From NCBI RefSeq assembly GCF_009914755.1, contig NC_060927.1: a stretch of DNA of 64,000 nucleotides. One strand, given 5' to 3'. This document shows, in pieces, positions 15,671-30,150 of the stretch (its first letter is position 1; each line of letters opens with the position of its first letter). A program made the position numbers and the translations under genes. Under the pieces are notes generated by a model that did no database searches, was not told the DNA's origin, and worked only from the letters and a program-made list of their open reading frames with translations. Source of the DNA: the human T2T-CHM13v2.0 reference genome, Homo sapiens.

Positions 15671-15843
15671 CGTCAGAACACAGGGCTGTGTTCTTTTGGA
15701 GGAGAAGGAAGCTTTATTTCTATTAGCGGATCTTAGCAGCTGCAGCTGTCTGCATGATTGTACAGTGTATACTGCTATGTCAAGTAACCCAAAGAGAAGC
15801 CCCAGAATTTCCCTTTATTGAGGTTGTCTGGGGGTAAGTGAAA

Positions 15844-16400
15844 TGTTATCAGTTGCCAGCAGATATAATATGCTGTCAATGCCTTCCAGCCAAAGACCAT
15901 CAGGAACAAATGTAGTTGAACAAGTTGGGCTTATTACTCATTGCCTCGAGAGAATGTACATCATGGGGACTCCTTGGTATCTCAGTAAAAGACTTAAAGG
16001 ATTTGGGCTATGGTTGAGAGATTTTTGAGGAGGGTCTAGTGAAGTAGGGCTTTCCTATGAATTAGGAGCTTTAACAACGCAGGGATAATTTTATAATTGG
16101 GTATCTCAATAAATCTTGTTTATAGAGAAGGCAGAGTGAACTGAGGCTAAAACTATAATTGGAAAAAAACACACACACATGCACAGTGGTCATTCATATT
16201 AGTCAAAGAGAGATACTTAGTATTTTGTGGCTTGGACAATGTTCATGCTTTGTGTCCAGACATAATTTTAGAACTGTCTTTGTTTTGATCAATTATGGTC
16301 ACAGAATGGTCTTATCATATGTTGAGGTTCTATGAAATTGTTTCTGTTCACAAGAGGACGTAAGTCCTAGATGTGAGTGACAAACCAGCTGGTAACACCA
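15844..16400. mobile_element. ERV-class solo LTR, subfamily not determined
   Basis: tgtta...taaca termini; LTR-like body (aaagaccatcagg, gaacaagttgggcttattactc). Confidence 0.5.
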
Positions 16401-16469
16401 TCAAGAGCTTGCTGAAGAGAGTCTTATTTATCGTGCAAAAAAAAAAGTCTAAGGTTAAAAAAATACCAA

Positions 16470-16800
16470 AGTTGATTATTGGACATTCCTGAGCTTCAGC
16501 CAAGCAGAACAAGTCGAATATTCAGCTAGATTAGAGAAGAGATTTTGAAATTTAGCTACTGCAAAAAAAGTGGGGGGGTTCCTGTGACTGGATTATGAAA
16601 ATCTAAAATCATTCTAATTTATGGTTAAAACTTCATAAATGGAAGTTTCAATCAAACTTGATGGAATATATTCAGGATAATGCAGGCAAACCTAAAGGGC
16701 CAGTTGAAGCCAATATGTGGGACGCCTGGTATAAACTCACTCCTCCACTAGAGATTATAGTACTATGTGCACCCTCATTTTTTTTCAGTGTTCTGAATAT
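16470..16800 (+). mobile_element. Fossil Ty3/Gypsy integrase core (continuation of the element at 11780-13905)
   Basis: IQLD*RRDFEI*LLQ (16520; cf. IHSDQGRDFES), FNQT*WNIFRIMQANLKGQ-SQYVGRLV (16646-16731; cf. FNRTLLNMLGTL..K..WSQ.V..LV). Confidence 0.75.
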
Positions 16801-17709
16801 TAATATCCCATATATCTCTGCTCATTTATTGGTGAAAATAATTGATATCTGAGTATGACTCTATAACAATTAATCTCAGGAAGAAGAAGAGGACACATTC
16901 CAATGGAAATGCTCTAGTACTTAGTAATTAAAAACAAAACATTTAAAAATAAAGCTTAGATGAGAAATCTGATGATTGTAGAGGTTAGAGGAAGAACCAA
17001 ATTTTATAGTCAAATTTTGGCATCTCAATAAGCCAAGTAGATGCAAAGCTACCTCTTATCTAAAGTTGTTCCAACTGTACATGGATTGAGGCCTAGGATT
17101 CACTGTCCTAGGCCTCAACCCATGCACAGTAGCTTTTGAACTTGCCACCCCTGCCTCATCAGGTTCTAAAGTAACCTGAGGACCCAAAAGAATCAAAGTT
17201 CTTGTTTCTTAATTTGAAAAGTATTGAATACTCTCTTTGTAAGGAAGAACCAACTTTTTAAGAAGGTGGTGGGTTGAAACCCGGCCTGTTTGTCAGTTCC
17301 CTAGTAATGTCCGTGGTGCAACTTAGAATGAAAAACTTAGGAAATTTTGGGGGGATTAATATCATATATAAATAGAATATATTCTAATTCCCATATACAT
17401 TTTCAGAAGAGAGAGAATTAGTTTAGATAGTGGGATCAGTTTTGTCTACCATTCCTGTCAGTAAACATATGCCACAGAGTAACAGTGAAGCAGAAGACAG
17501 GAATCTGCTTTTTACTCTCTGGGTTTCAGATTCTTTATGCCACAGTTTATCACCCTTAATTTGAGTCTGGAATTTAAAAACACATACTGTTTGTACAACA
17601 TAGACTCTAAATTCAAGCCAATGACTTCTTTAATATTCAACACAAGAACAGTGACATGTTCTACGGTGAAAAAAGAAACATTTTGTGTTGAACTTACTGC
17701 AAAATGATA

Positions 17710-18612
17710 TCATTTAGTCATTTATTGAAAAAGTTTTACTGTGTTGCTACTATGTACCACATAGCATTTTCTCATTGTCTAAAGATACAGATAATATCCT
17801 GACTCCCACAGAGCTTGTACATAGTGACGAGGGAAAGACAGTAAACAAATAAATATGATAAAAATTCAGATAGTAAAAGTGCTAGGCCGGGCATGGTAGT
17901 TCATGCCTATAATCCCAGCACTTTGGGAGACCATGGTGGGCAGATCACTTGAGCCCAGGAGTGTAAGACCAGCCTGGACAACATGGTAAAACCCCATCTC
18001 TACAAAAATACAAAAATTAGCTGTGCCTGTACTCCCAGCTACTTGGGAGGCTGAGATGGGAAAATTACCACCTGAGTCTGGGGAGGTGGAGGCTGCAGTG
18101 AGCCATATTGGGCCACAGTACTCTAGCCTGGGCAACAGAGTGAGACCCTGACTCAAAAAAGTACATTAAAAAAAAGTGCTATGAATAAAATGAAACAGAG
18201 TAGTGGAATAGTAGGATAGAGAAATATGGAGAAAGGGCCTACCTTAGGTCTTTAGTAGGGAAGGCCCCTCTGAGGGCAAGACATTAGAGCTGAGACCTGA
18301 ATGATGAGAAGGAGCCAGTCATGTACAGATTTGAGGCAAGAGTATTTGAGACAGAAAGAGCAGATAGTGCCAAGGCCCTGAATATGGAACAAGATTGGTG
18401 TTTTCTAGCAAAAGAAAGAAGGCCAGTATGGGAGGAATGTAAAGAACTATGAGGAGAATGGCACAAAAATAGGTTAGAAGGTAGAGAGAGTAGGTCTACA
18501 ATTAACGAACCTGTCAAGTTTGACATGGCTAATACAGTTGGTAGTTGGATGTTTGAGCTTGGGGTTTGAGTGAAAAAGTTCAAGAGATGTAAATTTGGGG
18601 TTCAGCAGCTAT
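17710..18612 (-). mobile_element. L2a-like fragment interrupted by an Alu
   Basis: gctgagacctgaatgatgagaaggagccagtcatg, agttggatgtttgagcttgggg, gatgtaaatttgggg. Confidence 0.8.
17885..18171 (+). mobile_element. AluJ
   Basis: cttgagcccaggag and gaggctgcagtgagc J diagnostics; TSD aaaagtgcta. Confidence 0.92.
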
Positions 18613-18773
18613 ATTATTGCTCTGCTGTTTAATCCTGAATTCTGCTTAGGATATATCTTCAGTACATAAATTCCACAGGAACCAGGTATAACAGCTCTTA
18701 GGTAAAGATAGATAAAAATAATAGGAAAGTATGATCTAAGCTAATATCTTTGGAATAGGTGAAAATTTCAATA

Positions 18774-18906
18774 TTTACTCCTCACCCCTTACTGAGAACC
18801 AGAAACAAATATACAGTATCAAGATTTTCATCAGCAACAACCCAGAACTCAAATATGCAGATGAGGTATTTCACAGGTCCTAGCCAGCCTTTCCACATTG
18901 TAAGGA
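18774..18906 (+). repeat. Dispersed local copy of 20711-20843 (rearranged L1 5'UTR)
   Basis: Direct alignment, including gattttcatcagcaacaacccagaactcaaa and the downstream junction. Confidence 0.9.
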
Positions 18907-19745
18907 CTTTGAAATGTTCTGCAGGTAAAATTGGGAAAGGGTGATCTCAACAAGGAGAAAACAATCCTGAAGAGCCAGATCCTTGAGTAGAATCTGCTCA
19001 TTGATCTCCAGGTTGAATGGAGAGCGGCTCAAAAAAGGAGAAGAGACATGTTTGTAGCATGCAGCAGAAATGAGAAAAATGAAAAGAGTGAAAAGGAGAG
19101 GACTCAGATATTATAAGGCAGGAAACTAAACTACACTCACGGACTGAAAGAGAGATTAACCACATGTAATACAAACTTTACAAGAGACAATATTGTTGAG
19201 TAAAGATTAAAACAAATGGCCTTTAAAGTGACAGAAAGATTATAGGAGTCTTCATATTGAGGACTTTGCTTATGTTATCTCATTAATGTGTTTCATCATT
19301 TCTCTTTTTGATGTTTATGTTAGCTGGGACTTAGTCTTCCTGGACTGATACTTTAATGCTCTTTCTTTTTTTGTGTGCTTTTTATCTCCTTTTTAAATAA
19401 TTGTTTTCTTAAAATAATTTAGAGCACATTTAAGCAATGTGTGGCACTTTTTCAGATTTTATACATAAACAAGAAACTCTAAGCAAATGGTTAAAGTAAG
19501 TATGTAGCAGTGTGCATTCTGTATATTTTGCCACGTGCATGGATATTTTATTTCACTTAAAACATTTTTAAGTGAATTATAGAGACTGTAAAGTGCCTAT
19601 GATAAGAAATAGATATGGAGTTCTTACTATTTGGCCAAAAAATTTCATTTTAAGGAAAAAATTTAAAGAAATAATTGGAAATATACATAGAATTTTATGT
19701 AAAGATACTCAATATGGGAGTTCCAATTTTTAAAAGGTGGCATAA

Positions 19746-20084
<339 letters not shown>

Positions 20085-20631
20085 TTACTCCCCACTCCCT
20101 ACTGAAAACCAAAAACAAATATATAGTATGGGGATTTTCATCAGCAACAATCCAGAACTCAAATATGCAGATGAGGCAGATCCCAGGGCCACAGACAGGT
20201 GAAGAAACTCCACGCAGATGGTAGGAGAATCAAACTTATATATCTGGGAGGCCCTACGTCACTTTCTCTGCCAAACAACAAGCATTAGGAACATCTTTCC
20301 CAACTCACAGATTCTACACTGGAAAAGGTGAGACTGAGTTGGTCAACCAGCTTTCCCACCATCTTGGGTTCCCTGCTAGGAGACCTGTTGCCATAACCCA
20401 TGGGAACATCGTGACCTCCTGAAGGGAGAAATATCCCTGAGGACAGGCAGAGAGAAAGAGGGTAGGTAGAAATAACATCCTCAGCCACAGAAACTCTGCT
20501 CTGTAAGTTGGCCAAAGGAAATGCTAAATCAAGAGTGGCTGCTCAGCAGCAGCACCACACTATTGACTATTTGGCCAAGAAGTTAACCTTTAAGGAAAAA
20601 AAAAAAGAAAAAGAAAACCTTAAAGAAATAA

Positions 20632-20799
<168 letters not shown>

Positions 20800-21095
20800 T
20801 GAGGTGTTTCATAGGTCTAACCAGCCTTTCCATACTGTTAGGATAATCTCTTTGGGACCTCTCCCATTCAGGATAGACAGCTCTCTAATCATTTAATAGA
20901 GCCAAGGCAAACCTGGGCTTAAGGGACCACCTGCAGCAGTAAAAAGGCAGTGACCTAGCAGTAAATATTTGCTAAATCAATTTGTCCAATAAAAATCAAA
21001 ACAAGCCAGATAGAGAAAACTAGAATACATTTTTCAATGCAAAAACAGAAACATATAGCCACAAGAAACACCAGCAAACAGGGAGCCATGACCTC

Positions 21096-21127
<32 letters not shown>

Positions 21128-22467
21128 CAAATATCCAGCGAACAACCCTAATGAGATGGTGATTTGTAAGCACTCTTCCCAAAAAGTGAAAATAACAGTT
21201 TTAAGAAAAATCAGTGATCTCCAAGATAGCACAGAAAAGCAATTCAGAAAGTTATCAGAGAAATTTAACAAAGAGGTTTAGATAATAATAATAAAATAAA
21301 TAATAATAAAATAAATAATAATAATATTTATTATTATAGATAATAAAAACTCAAACAGAAATATTGGAACTGAGAAATACATTTGCTGAACAGAAGAACT
21401 CATTAGAGGCTCTCAACAGCAGAATGAACTAAGCAGAGGGGAAAAAAAAATCACTGAGCTCAAATACCATCTATTTGGAAATATAGTCAGAGGAGAAAAA
21501 AGAAAAATCAAAAGGAATGAAGACCACCTATAAGATAGAAAATTAACTTAAAAGTCCAAATGTAAGAATTATTAGTGTTCAAAAGAGAACTGAGCAAGAG
21601 CAACAGGTAGAAAGCTTATTCGGAGAAATTACAACAGAAAATTATACATCTGGGTACACGAAGGTCTGAGAACACCAAATTGAGTTAACCCAAATAAGAT
21701 TACCACATGGCATAGATTAATGGAACTCTCAATGTCAAGGACAAAGAGATGATCTTAAAAGTAGAAAGATAAAGGAGGAAAATAACATGTAATGGAGCTC
21801 CAATTCATCTAGGAACAGTCTCTTCAACAGAAACTGTACAGGTCAGGAGAAAGTGGAATGACATTTTCAAAGTGCTCAAAGAAAAAAACTACTATCCAAG
21901 AGTACTGTACTCAGAATATTATTTTTCAGATATGAAGGAGAAATAAATCTTTTCCAGATAAGAAAAATTGAAAGAATTCAACACTACCAGACCTGTCTTC
22001 CAAAAGAAGTTCTTGAATCTAAAAGAAAAAAAAACCAAACTAATATCCAAAAACCAAAGAAAAGAAAAAAGTTTTCAAGGTAAAACACCCATTGGTAAAA
22101 TTAAGTACATGAACAAACCCAGAATACTCTATTTTTGCAATTGTGATGTGCATTCCATTCAGAACTCTAAGCGCAAAAGACAAATCTATCAAAAACAATA
22201 ATAGCTCCAGACACCTGTTAAGAGATAGGTAATATAAAAATGGGTAATTTGAGATATAGAAAAGTTAAAATGAGGGAAATGGAGTTAAAGTGTGTAATTT
22301 TTTTTCTTTGTTGCCTTTGTTTCATTTATTTTATTTGTGATTTAAGAAAAATTGCCACCTTTTAAAATAACTTGTTATTTTTTTTGTAAGCCTCATAGTA
22401 ACCACAGCACAAAAAAACTATAATTGAGTCATGAAAAATAAAAAGTGACAAATTAAAACATACTATG

Positions 22468-22829
22468 TGATATGGTTTGGCTGTGTCCCCACCCAAATCT
22501 CATCTTGAATTGGAGGTCCCATAATTCCCACATGTTGTGGAAAGAACCTGGTGGGAGATAATTGAATCATGGTGGCAGTTTCCCCCATACTGTTCTCGTG
22601 GTAGTGATTAAGTCTCACAAGATCTGATGGTTTTATGAGGGGTCTCCCCTTTTGCTTGGGTCTCATTCTCTCTTGCCTGCTGCCATGTAAAATGTGCCTT
22701 TTGCCTTCCCCCATGATTGTGAGGCCTCCCCAGCCATGTGGAACTGTGAGTCAATTAAACCTCTCTTTCTTTATAAATTCCCCAGTCCTGGGTATGTCTA
22801 TATTAGCAGCGTGAGAACAAACCAATACA
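22468..22829 (+). mobile_element. THE1 solo LTR within the L1 inter-ORF region
   Basis: tgatatggtttggctgtgtccccacccaaatctcatcttgaatt...aataca. Confidence 0.93.
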
Positions 22830-25619
22830 GTACCAGAGCAAAACCACTTAACAACAAAGGAAGACAGTACGAAAGGAAGCAAGAAAGAAAAGAGTCACAA
22901 AACAACTAGACAGGCAATAAGATGGCAGCAGTAAGTACTTACTCATCAATAATAACACTGAATATAAACGATCTCGATTCTCCAATTAAAAGACAAAAAG
23001 TGGCCGAATGGATAAATAAACAAGACTCAACAATATTCAACATACCTACTTCACCCATAAAGACACATACAGAATGAAAATGAAGAGGTGGATAAAGGTA
23101 TTCCATGGAATTGAATACTAAAAAAAAAAAAAAAAAAAAGAGTAGTGATACTTACATCAGACAAAATCAACAACAAATCTAAGATTGCAAAGAGACAAAG
23201 AAGGTCAACATACAACCATAAAGGAGTCAATTCAGCAACAAGATACAACAATTATATGTGTGTATATATATATGCACCCAACATTGGAGCTCACAAGTAT
23301 ATAAACCAAATGTTAGTAAATCTAAAGGGAGAGATGGACTGCAGTACAATAATAGTAAGGGACTTTATACCCCACTCTCAGTAATGGACAGATCATCCAG
23401 ACAGAAAATCAACAACAACAAAACAGCAGAGTTAAACTACACACTAGATCTGATAGGCCTAACTGATATTTACATAACATTTCACTCAGCTGCTACAGAA
23501 TACACATTCTTTCCATCTGTACATAAAACATCCTCCAGAATAAAACATGTCTTAGGCATGGTCTTTATAAAACAAAACTGAACAAATTCAAAAAATTGGA
23601 AATCATTTCAAGTATCTTTGCTAAACACAATGGAATAAAAGTAGAAAACAATAAGAAGAAATATGAAAAATTATCAAACACACAGAAATTAAAAACATGC
23701 TTTTGAATGACTGATAAACCATGAAGAAATTAGGAAGAAAATTTTAATATGTCTTGAAACAAATAAAAATGGAAATACAACATACCAAAATCTATGAGAT
23801 ATGGCAAAAGCAGTACTAAGACTGATGTTTATAGCAAGAAACACCTATATCAAAAAAGTGGAAAAATTCAAATAAACAACCTTATGATGCACACAATGGA
23901 ACTAGAAAAGCAAGAATAAACGGAAACAAAAGTTTGTCAAAGGAAAGAAATAACAATCAGAGCAGAAATAAATGGACACTAAAACAAAATCAATGAAACA
24001 GTAAGTTGGGTTTTTTAAAGATAAACAGAATCAACGAACCTTTAGCACGACTAATAAAAAAGAGAAAAGACATCAATAAATAAAATCAGAAGGAAAAAAG
24101 GAGACATAATAACTGAGACCTCAGAAATAAAAAGAATCATCAGATGCTATCGTGAACAACTATATGCCAACAAATTGGAAAACTTAGAAAAAAATGGATA
24201 AATTTCTGGACACATACAACCTACCAAGATTGAACCATGAAGAAATAGAAAACCTCAATAAACCAATAATCAGTCACAAGATTGAAGCCATAATAAAAAG
24301 TCTTTCAACAGAGAAAAGCCCATGACCTGATGTCTTCACTACTGGATTCTACCAAACATTTAAACGAGAACCAATACCAATCCTACTCAAACTGTTCAAA
24401 AAAATGAAGAGGAAGGAATATTTCCAAACTGATTGTAGAAGGCCAGCATTACCCTGAAACCAAAACCAGACAAGGATACAACAAAAAAAGAAAACCACAG
24501 GCCAATATCACGGATGAACATAATGCAAAAATCCTCAAAAAAATACTAGCAAACCGAATTTGACAGCACATTAAAAAGATCATTCAACATGATCAAGTGG
24601 GATTCATCCCGGGGATGTAAGAATGATTCAACATACACTAATCAATAAACAGGCTACATCACATTAATAGAACCAAGAACAAAAACCACATGATTATGTC
24701 AATTGATATTGAAAAAGCACTTGATAAAATTTAACATCCTTTTATGATAAAAACTCTCATCAAAATGGCTGTAGAAGGAACATACCTCAAAATAATATAG
24801 GTCATGTATGACAAACTCATAGCTAACATTGCAATAAATGGGGAAAAAAATTGAAAACTGTTTCTCTAAAGACTAAAACAAGACAAGGATGCCAACTTTT
24901 AACACTTTTATTCAACATAACACTGAAAGTCCTGGCCAAAGTAAATAGGCAAGAAAAAGAAATAAAGGGCATTCAGAATGGAAAGAAAGAAGTAAAATTA
25001 GCCTTATTAGAAAATGATATGATTTTATACCTAGAAAAAACCTAGACTTCACCAACAGCCTGTTAGAACTGATAAATTCAGTAAAGTTGCAGGATACCAA
25101 ATCAACATACAAAAATCAGTAGCATTTATATATGCCAACAGTGAACAATCTGAAAAAGAAATCAAGAAAGAAATCCCATTTACGATGGCTACAAAAAATG
25201 TGAAATATCTAGGAATCAATCTAACCAGAGAGGTGGAAGATCTATACAAGAAAAACTATAAAACTCTAATGAAAAAAAATTGAAGAGAACACAAAAACAT
25301 GGAAAGATATTCCATGAACTGGAATAATTATGAACTGGAAGAATTAATATTGTTAAAATGACAGCACTGTCCAAAATAATTTACAGATTCAATTCAATCT
25401 CTATCAAAATGCCAATGACATTCTTCACAGAAATAGAAAAAAAAATCCTCAAATGTACATGGAACCACACAAAAAAACCAAATAGCCAAAATAATTCTGA
25501 GCAAAAAGAAAAAAGCTGGAGACATCACAGGTACATCAAAATTTACTGCAAAACAGAATGGTACTGGCATAAAAATAGACACATAGACCAATGGAACAGA
25601 ATAGAGAACACCAATATAA

Positions 25620-25956
<337 letters not shown>

Positions 25957-28214
25957 ATAGCCAACTTATTTTCAACAAATATACCAAGAACATACAATGA
26001 AGGAAAGGACAGTCTTTTTAATAAACAGTGTTGGGAAAACCGTATAACTCAACACTGAAGAAGGAAACTAGATCCCTGTCTCTCACCACACTCAAAAATC
26101 AATTCAAAATAAATTAAAGCCTTAAATCTAAGACATGAAACTACTAGAAGAAAACATTGGGTAAGTGTTTCAGGACGTTGATCTGGGCAACATTTTTTTT
26201 TGTATAAAACCCAAAAAGTGCAGACAACATAAGAGAAAATAGACAAATGGGATTACATGGAGCTAAAAAGCTTCTGTACAGTAAGAGGAACAATTATCAA
26301 AATGAAAAGACAACCTACAGAATGGGAGAAAATATTTGCAAACTATCTAAAAATAAATTTAATAACCAGAATATAGAAGAAGCTTAAACAACTCAATAGC
26401 AGAAAAAAAATACAATCTGATTTAAAAATCAGCAAGAGATCTGAATAGACATTTCTTGAAAAAAGACAAATGGCCAACAGATTATAAAAATAATGTTCAA
26501 CATCACTAATCATCAGAGAAATGCTAATTAAAACCACAATGAGATATCAACTCATCCCAATTAAAATGTCTCGTATCAAAAACACAGGTAACAACAGAGG
26601 CTGGCAAAGATGTGAAGAAAAGGGAATGCTTGTACCCTGTGGGTGGGAATGTAAATTTATACAGCCACTGTGGAGAACAGTATGGGGGTTCCTCAAAAAA
26701 CTACAAATAGAACTACCATATGATCCAGAAAATCCACTGCTGGGTATATACCCAAAAGAAAGGAAATCAATATATTGAAGAGATATCTGCACGCTCATAT
26801 GTATTACAGCACTCTTCACAGTAGTCAAAATAGGTAATCAACCTAAATGCCTATCAAAAAAGTTATATATATGTATATATATATATACACACATATATAC
26901 ACACACAATGAAATATTATTTATCCATAAAAAAATGAATTCCTGTCATTTGCAATAACATGGATGGAACTGGAGATCATTATGTTAAGGGAAATAAGCCA
27001 AACACAGAAAAATGATTATCACATTACTTACTCATATGTGGGAGCTAAAAAGTGTATCTCATGAAGATAGACAGTAAATTGGTGGTAACCAGAGGCCAGG
27101 AAGGGTAGAAAAAGAAGGGGGGGATGAAGAGGAAGAAAATAATATAAATGTTTTTATTACCACTGAACTGTAAAGATGGTAAAATTTGTATGTATATTTT
27201 AACTCAAAAAATATTAAGACAATGTTAAATATTACTTTATTTATTTATTTGACAAATTCTGCAAGATTTTTCTCATTTGCCTAACTTTTAAATGCTATTT
27301 TAAGCTGGAATCATGGCATAGAAAAAGTCTCTATCCTCATTAACATTACATTCTTATCTAATTAGATGAAGTAAAACTGTGGAAACAGCCTTAATTTCCT
27401 ATAAGGTAGAAATGATTAGGTACATTATATGCATGTGATGAAATGCTAAGTAACTATTAAACATCGTTTACCTACATATATTAACTTGGAAAGTTCACCA
27501 AGATTTACTGTGAAGGATCTGTATTGCTCTCCAGTGTGTAGCATATGGCTCCCCAAAAGACAGTAACTGGCATACAAATGAATAATTTATAATGTTAATA
27601 TTTGTCCAATTATCTTTGGGTAATTAGAATATAGTAATTTATTTTCTTAGTTATATGTTCCATATTTTCAGATTGTTTACCATTACCGTGTATTATGTCT
27701 ACCCCTAATAAATATGTTAGTAAATGTTGACAATGTCACTTAATAATATTAGATACTATTACTAGTATTTTAATAACTATGACTTATTTTTAGGTATAAA
27801 TAAAAAGCCTAATATTAACCTGGAAAAGCAATAATTTTGGAGATAATAAATTGGAGAGAACTTCACTGAAGCATATAAGCCCTTTTTTTCTAGGCCTTCT
27901 TTCTTTGTCGGCTTACCAAGAATCATCCTTCAAAGATAAATGGGTGTGTGTGTGTGTGTGTGAATATTTGTTCATATTCTCCCAGTTAAAGGATTTTGTT
28001 CTATATCAAAAAGAAAATTTCAAAATATTTTCATTTTTCACGTGGAACTGTTTTTAACCCTTTATTTTAAAAGGATACAGAAAGAAAAGAATAAAAATTT
28101 CTACCATCTCACATAGAATCAACTACACAATTTATTATAGTTTGACACATAAAATTTGGAGAAAATACAGACTTCAATATGATAGGGACAATGAGAACAC
28201 TGCAATAATAATCT

Positions 28215-28450
28215 TCATTTCAATAATTGCTAACATGAATTAAGATCTTAATATATTCTAGGACTCATGCTTTATACATAACATGCATTATTATCTCATT
28301 AATCCTTCAAGAAATGTTTTATGTAAAAACAACTATGTTCCCCCATTCCACAGATTTATAAAAAGGGTACAGTGGTTTCATCTATAGCTAGTGAGTAGAA
28401 GAACCCATGTACAAATAAAAGTCTGTCATGCTCCAAAGCCAATTATTGTA
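28215..28450 (-). mobile_element. MIR
   Basis: attatctcattaatccttc...ccccattccacagat. Confidence 0.55.
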
Positions 28451-28592
28451 ATCTCTGCTTTTTTGCACATATGAGGTATTTCAGAGTTCAAATTTTTGAG
28501 GTTGTTAATCTTTGTTAAAAAATGATAAGACTCTTCAGACAAGAAAGGGCATATGTCTCCCCTCCTGCCTATTTACCTAAAGATGTTTTCCC

Positions 28593-28747
28593 CTACCTTT
28601 CCTGGCCTCTGGTTACCACCAGTTTACCCTCTTTCTTCCTGAGACCTATTTTTAGCGCCCACGTACAAGTGAGAACATGTGATATTCATTTTTCTGTGTT
28701 TGGCTTATTTCCCTTAACATAATGGTCTCCAGTTCCACCTACGTTAT
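28593..28747 (-). repeat. Inverted copy of L1 3'-end segment 26954-27108
   Basis: Reverse complement aligns end to end and includes a 39-nt exact match. Confidence 0.8.
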
Positions 28748-29777
28748 AGAAGACTGTCACTATACATCCTGCCCACTTGAGTAGGTTCAGTATCTAGAAG
28801 ACTTATCAGCATTCGGTCCCAGTATATGCAGAGCTGGTATCCAGCACAAGGAAAAAGAGGAGGCAAGACCAAGTAGAAGAAATAGGGAGCAGGCAATTCT
28901 CTTGAACAAGGAGTCAAGGAGCCTAGTCACAGGCTCGAGGAAAGCAGGTAACATTTATTGTTATTTATTTATTCTCCCAGTTGTTGTTTAAAAGAATTTG
29001 TGGAATATAATATGTAGGTAGATATACACACATACATATTAATGCACACTGTGTAAATTGCTTTCTAGCATTGTTACTTAACCTCTATACATGTCCACCT
29101 TCCTATCTGTTAAATGGCAAAGATAACTACCTTAAAGTTGTATCATGTATATTGTAAGAGATAATTAATTCAACATGCTTAAATGGTACCCAGTATTATA
29201 TATGTACTTGATATTTGAAGAAACTTCTTCAGTCCCAGAAACATTCATATCTATGGGTATTTAGTCTTTTGCACTAATGAAGCTAAAAATTTGATTAAAA
29301 ATATAAAATAGTAGAAGATTTTATTTGAACAATGGTGCAAACAAGTCATTTATCTTTCTATGTTGGATTGCTATGGCTGTCATAATTAAATTATTTAGTT
29401 GTACTACACAATCTTAAAAAATGCAAACAACAGTGACTCAGACTTAGTTAACATAAGAATCTACCACAAACTTTGTTCAACTGATAAGGTCTTAGGGAGG
29501 GTGCAGAAGTCTTCATTTTGAGATGCAATAGCACAAAGTCTTATTCTCTTATAATGAACTACAGAACAGTGAATAAATGTAATTGTTCTACTTGAACTGA
29601 TGCTTTCTCTCTTTTGTTAAATAGCTTGGAGCTAATAAAATGACATTTCTTCACATTCTATAATTCAGTGCTTTCAGGAATTTAGATAGATCTTGACAAA
29701 TAGTATTAATTAGTGAAGTTTTACTATTGGTTCATATTCTGTGCTATTACCTTCAATATTTAAAAACTAACTTTGAG

Positions 29778-29868
29778 GGGTTTGAACTATACTTGCAGTT
29801 TAAATAGTAGAATTGCTTTATATGGTTTGAACTATACTTGTAGTTTAAATAGTAGAATTGTTTTATAT
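29778..29868 (+). repeat. About 46-bp tandem duplication
   Basis: ggtttgaactatacttg(c/t)agtttaaatagtagaattg(c/t)tttata x2. Confidence 0.95.
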
Positions 29869-29903
29869 AACTGATGTATTAGTAATTTTAAAAGGTCATA
29901 TTT

Positions 29904-30138
29904 GGCTGGACACAGTGGTTCACGCCTGTAATCCCAGCACTTTGGGAGGCCGAGGCGGCCGGATCACAATGTCAGGAGTTCAAGACCAGCCTGGCCAAGA
30001 TGGTAAAACCCCGTCTCTACTAAAAATACAAAAAAATTAGCCAGGCGTGGTGGCGGGCGCTTGTAATCCCAGCTACTCAGGAGGCTGAGGCAGAGAACTG
30101 CTTGAACCCTGGAGGTGGAGGTTACAGTGAGACCGAAA
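29904..30138 (+). mobile_element. AluS, 3'-truncated in the right arm, abutting the RPL8 retrocopy
   Basis: Alu consensus up to ...ggttacagtgagaccga; the last ~45 nt and the tail are absent. Confidence 0.92.
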
Positions 30139-30150
30139 TATCATATTCGG

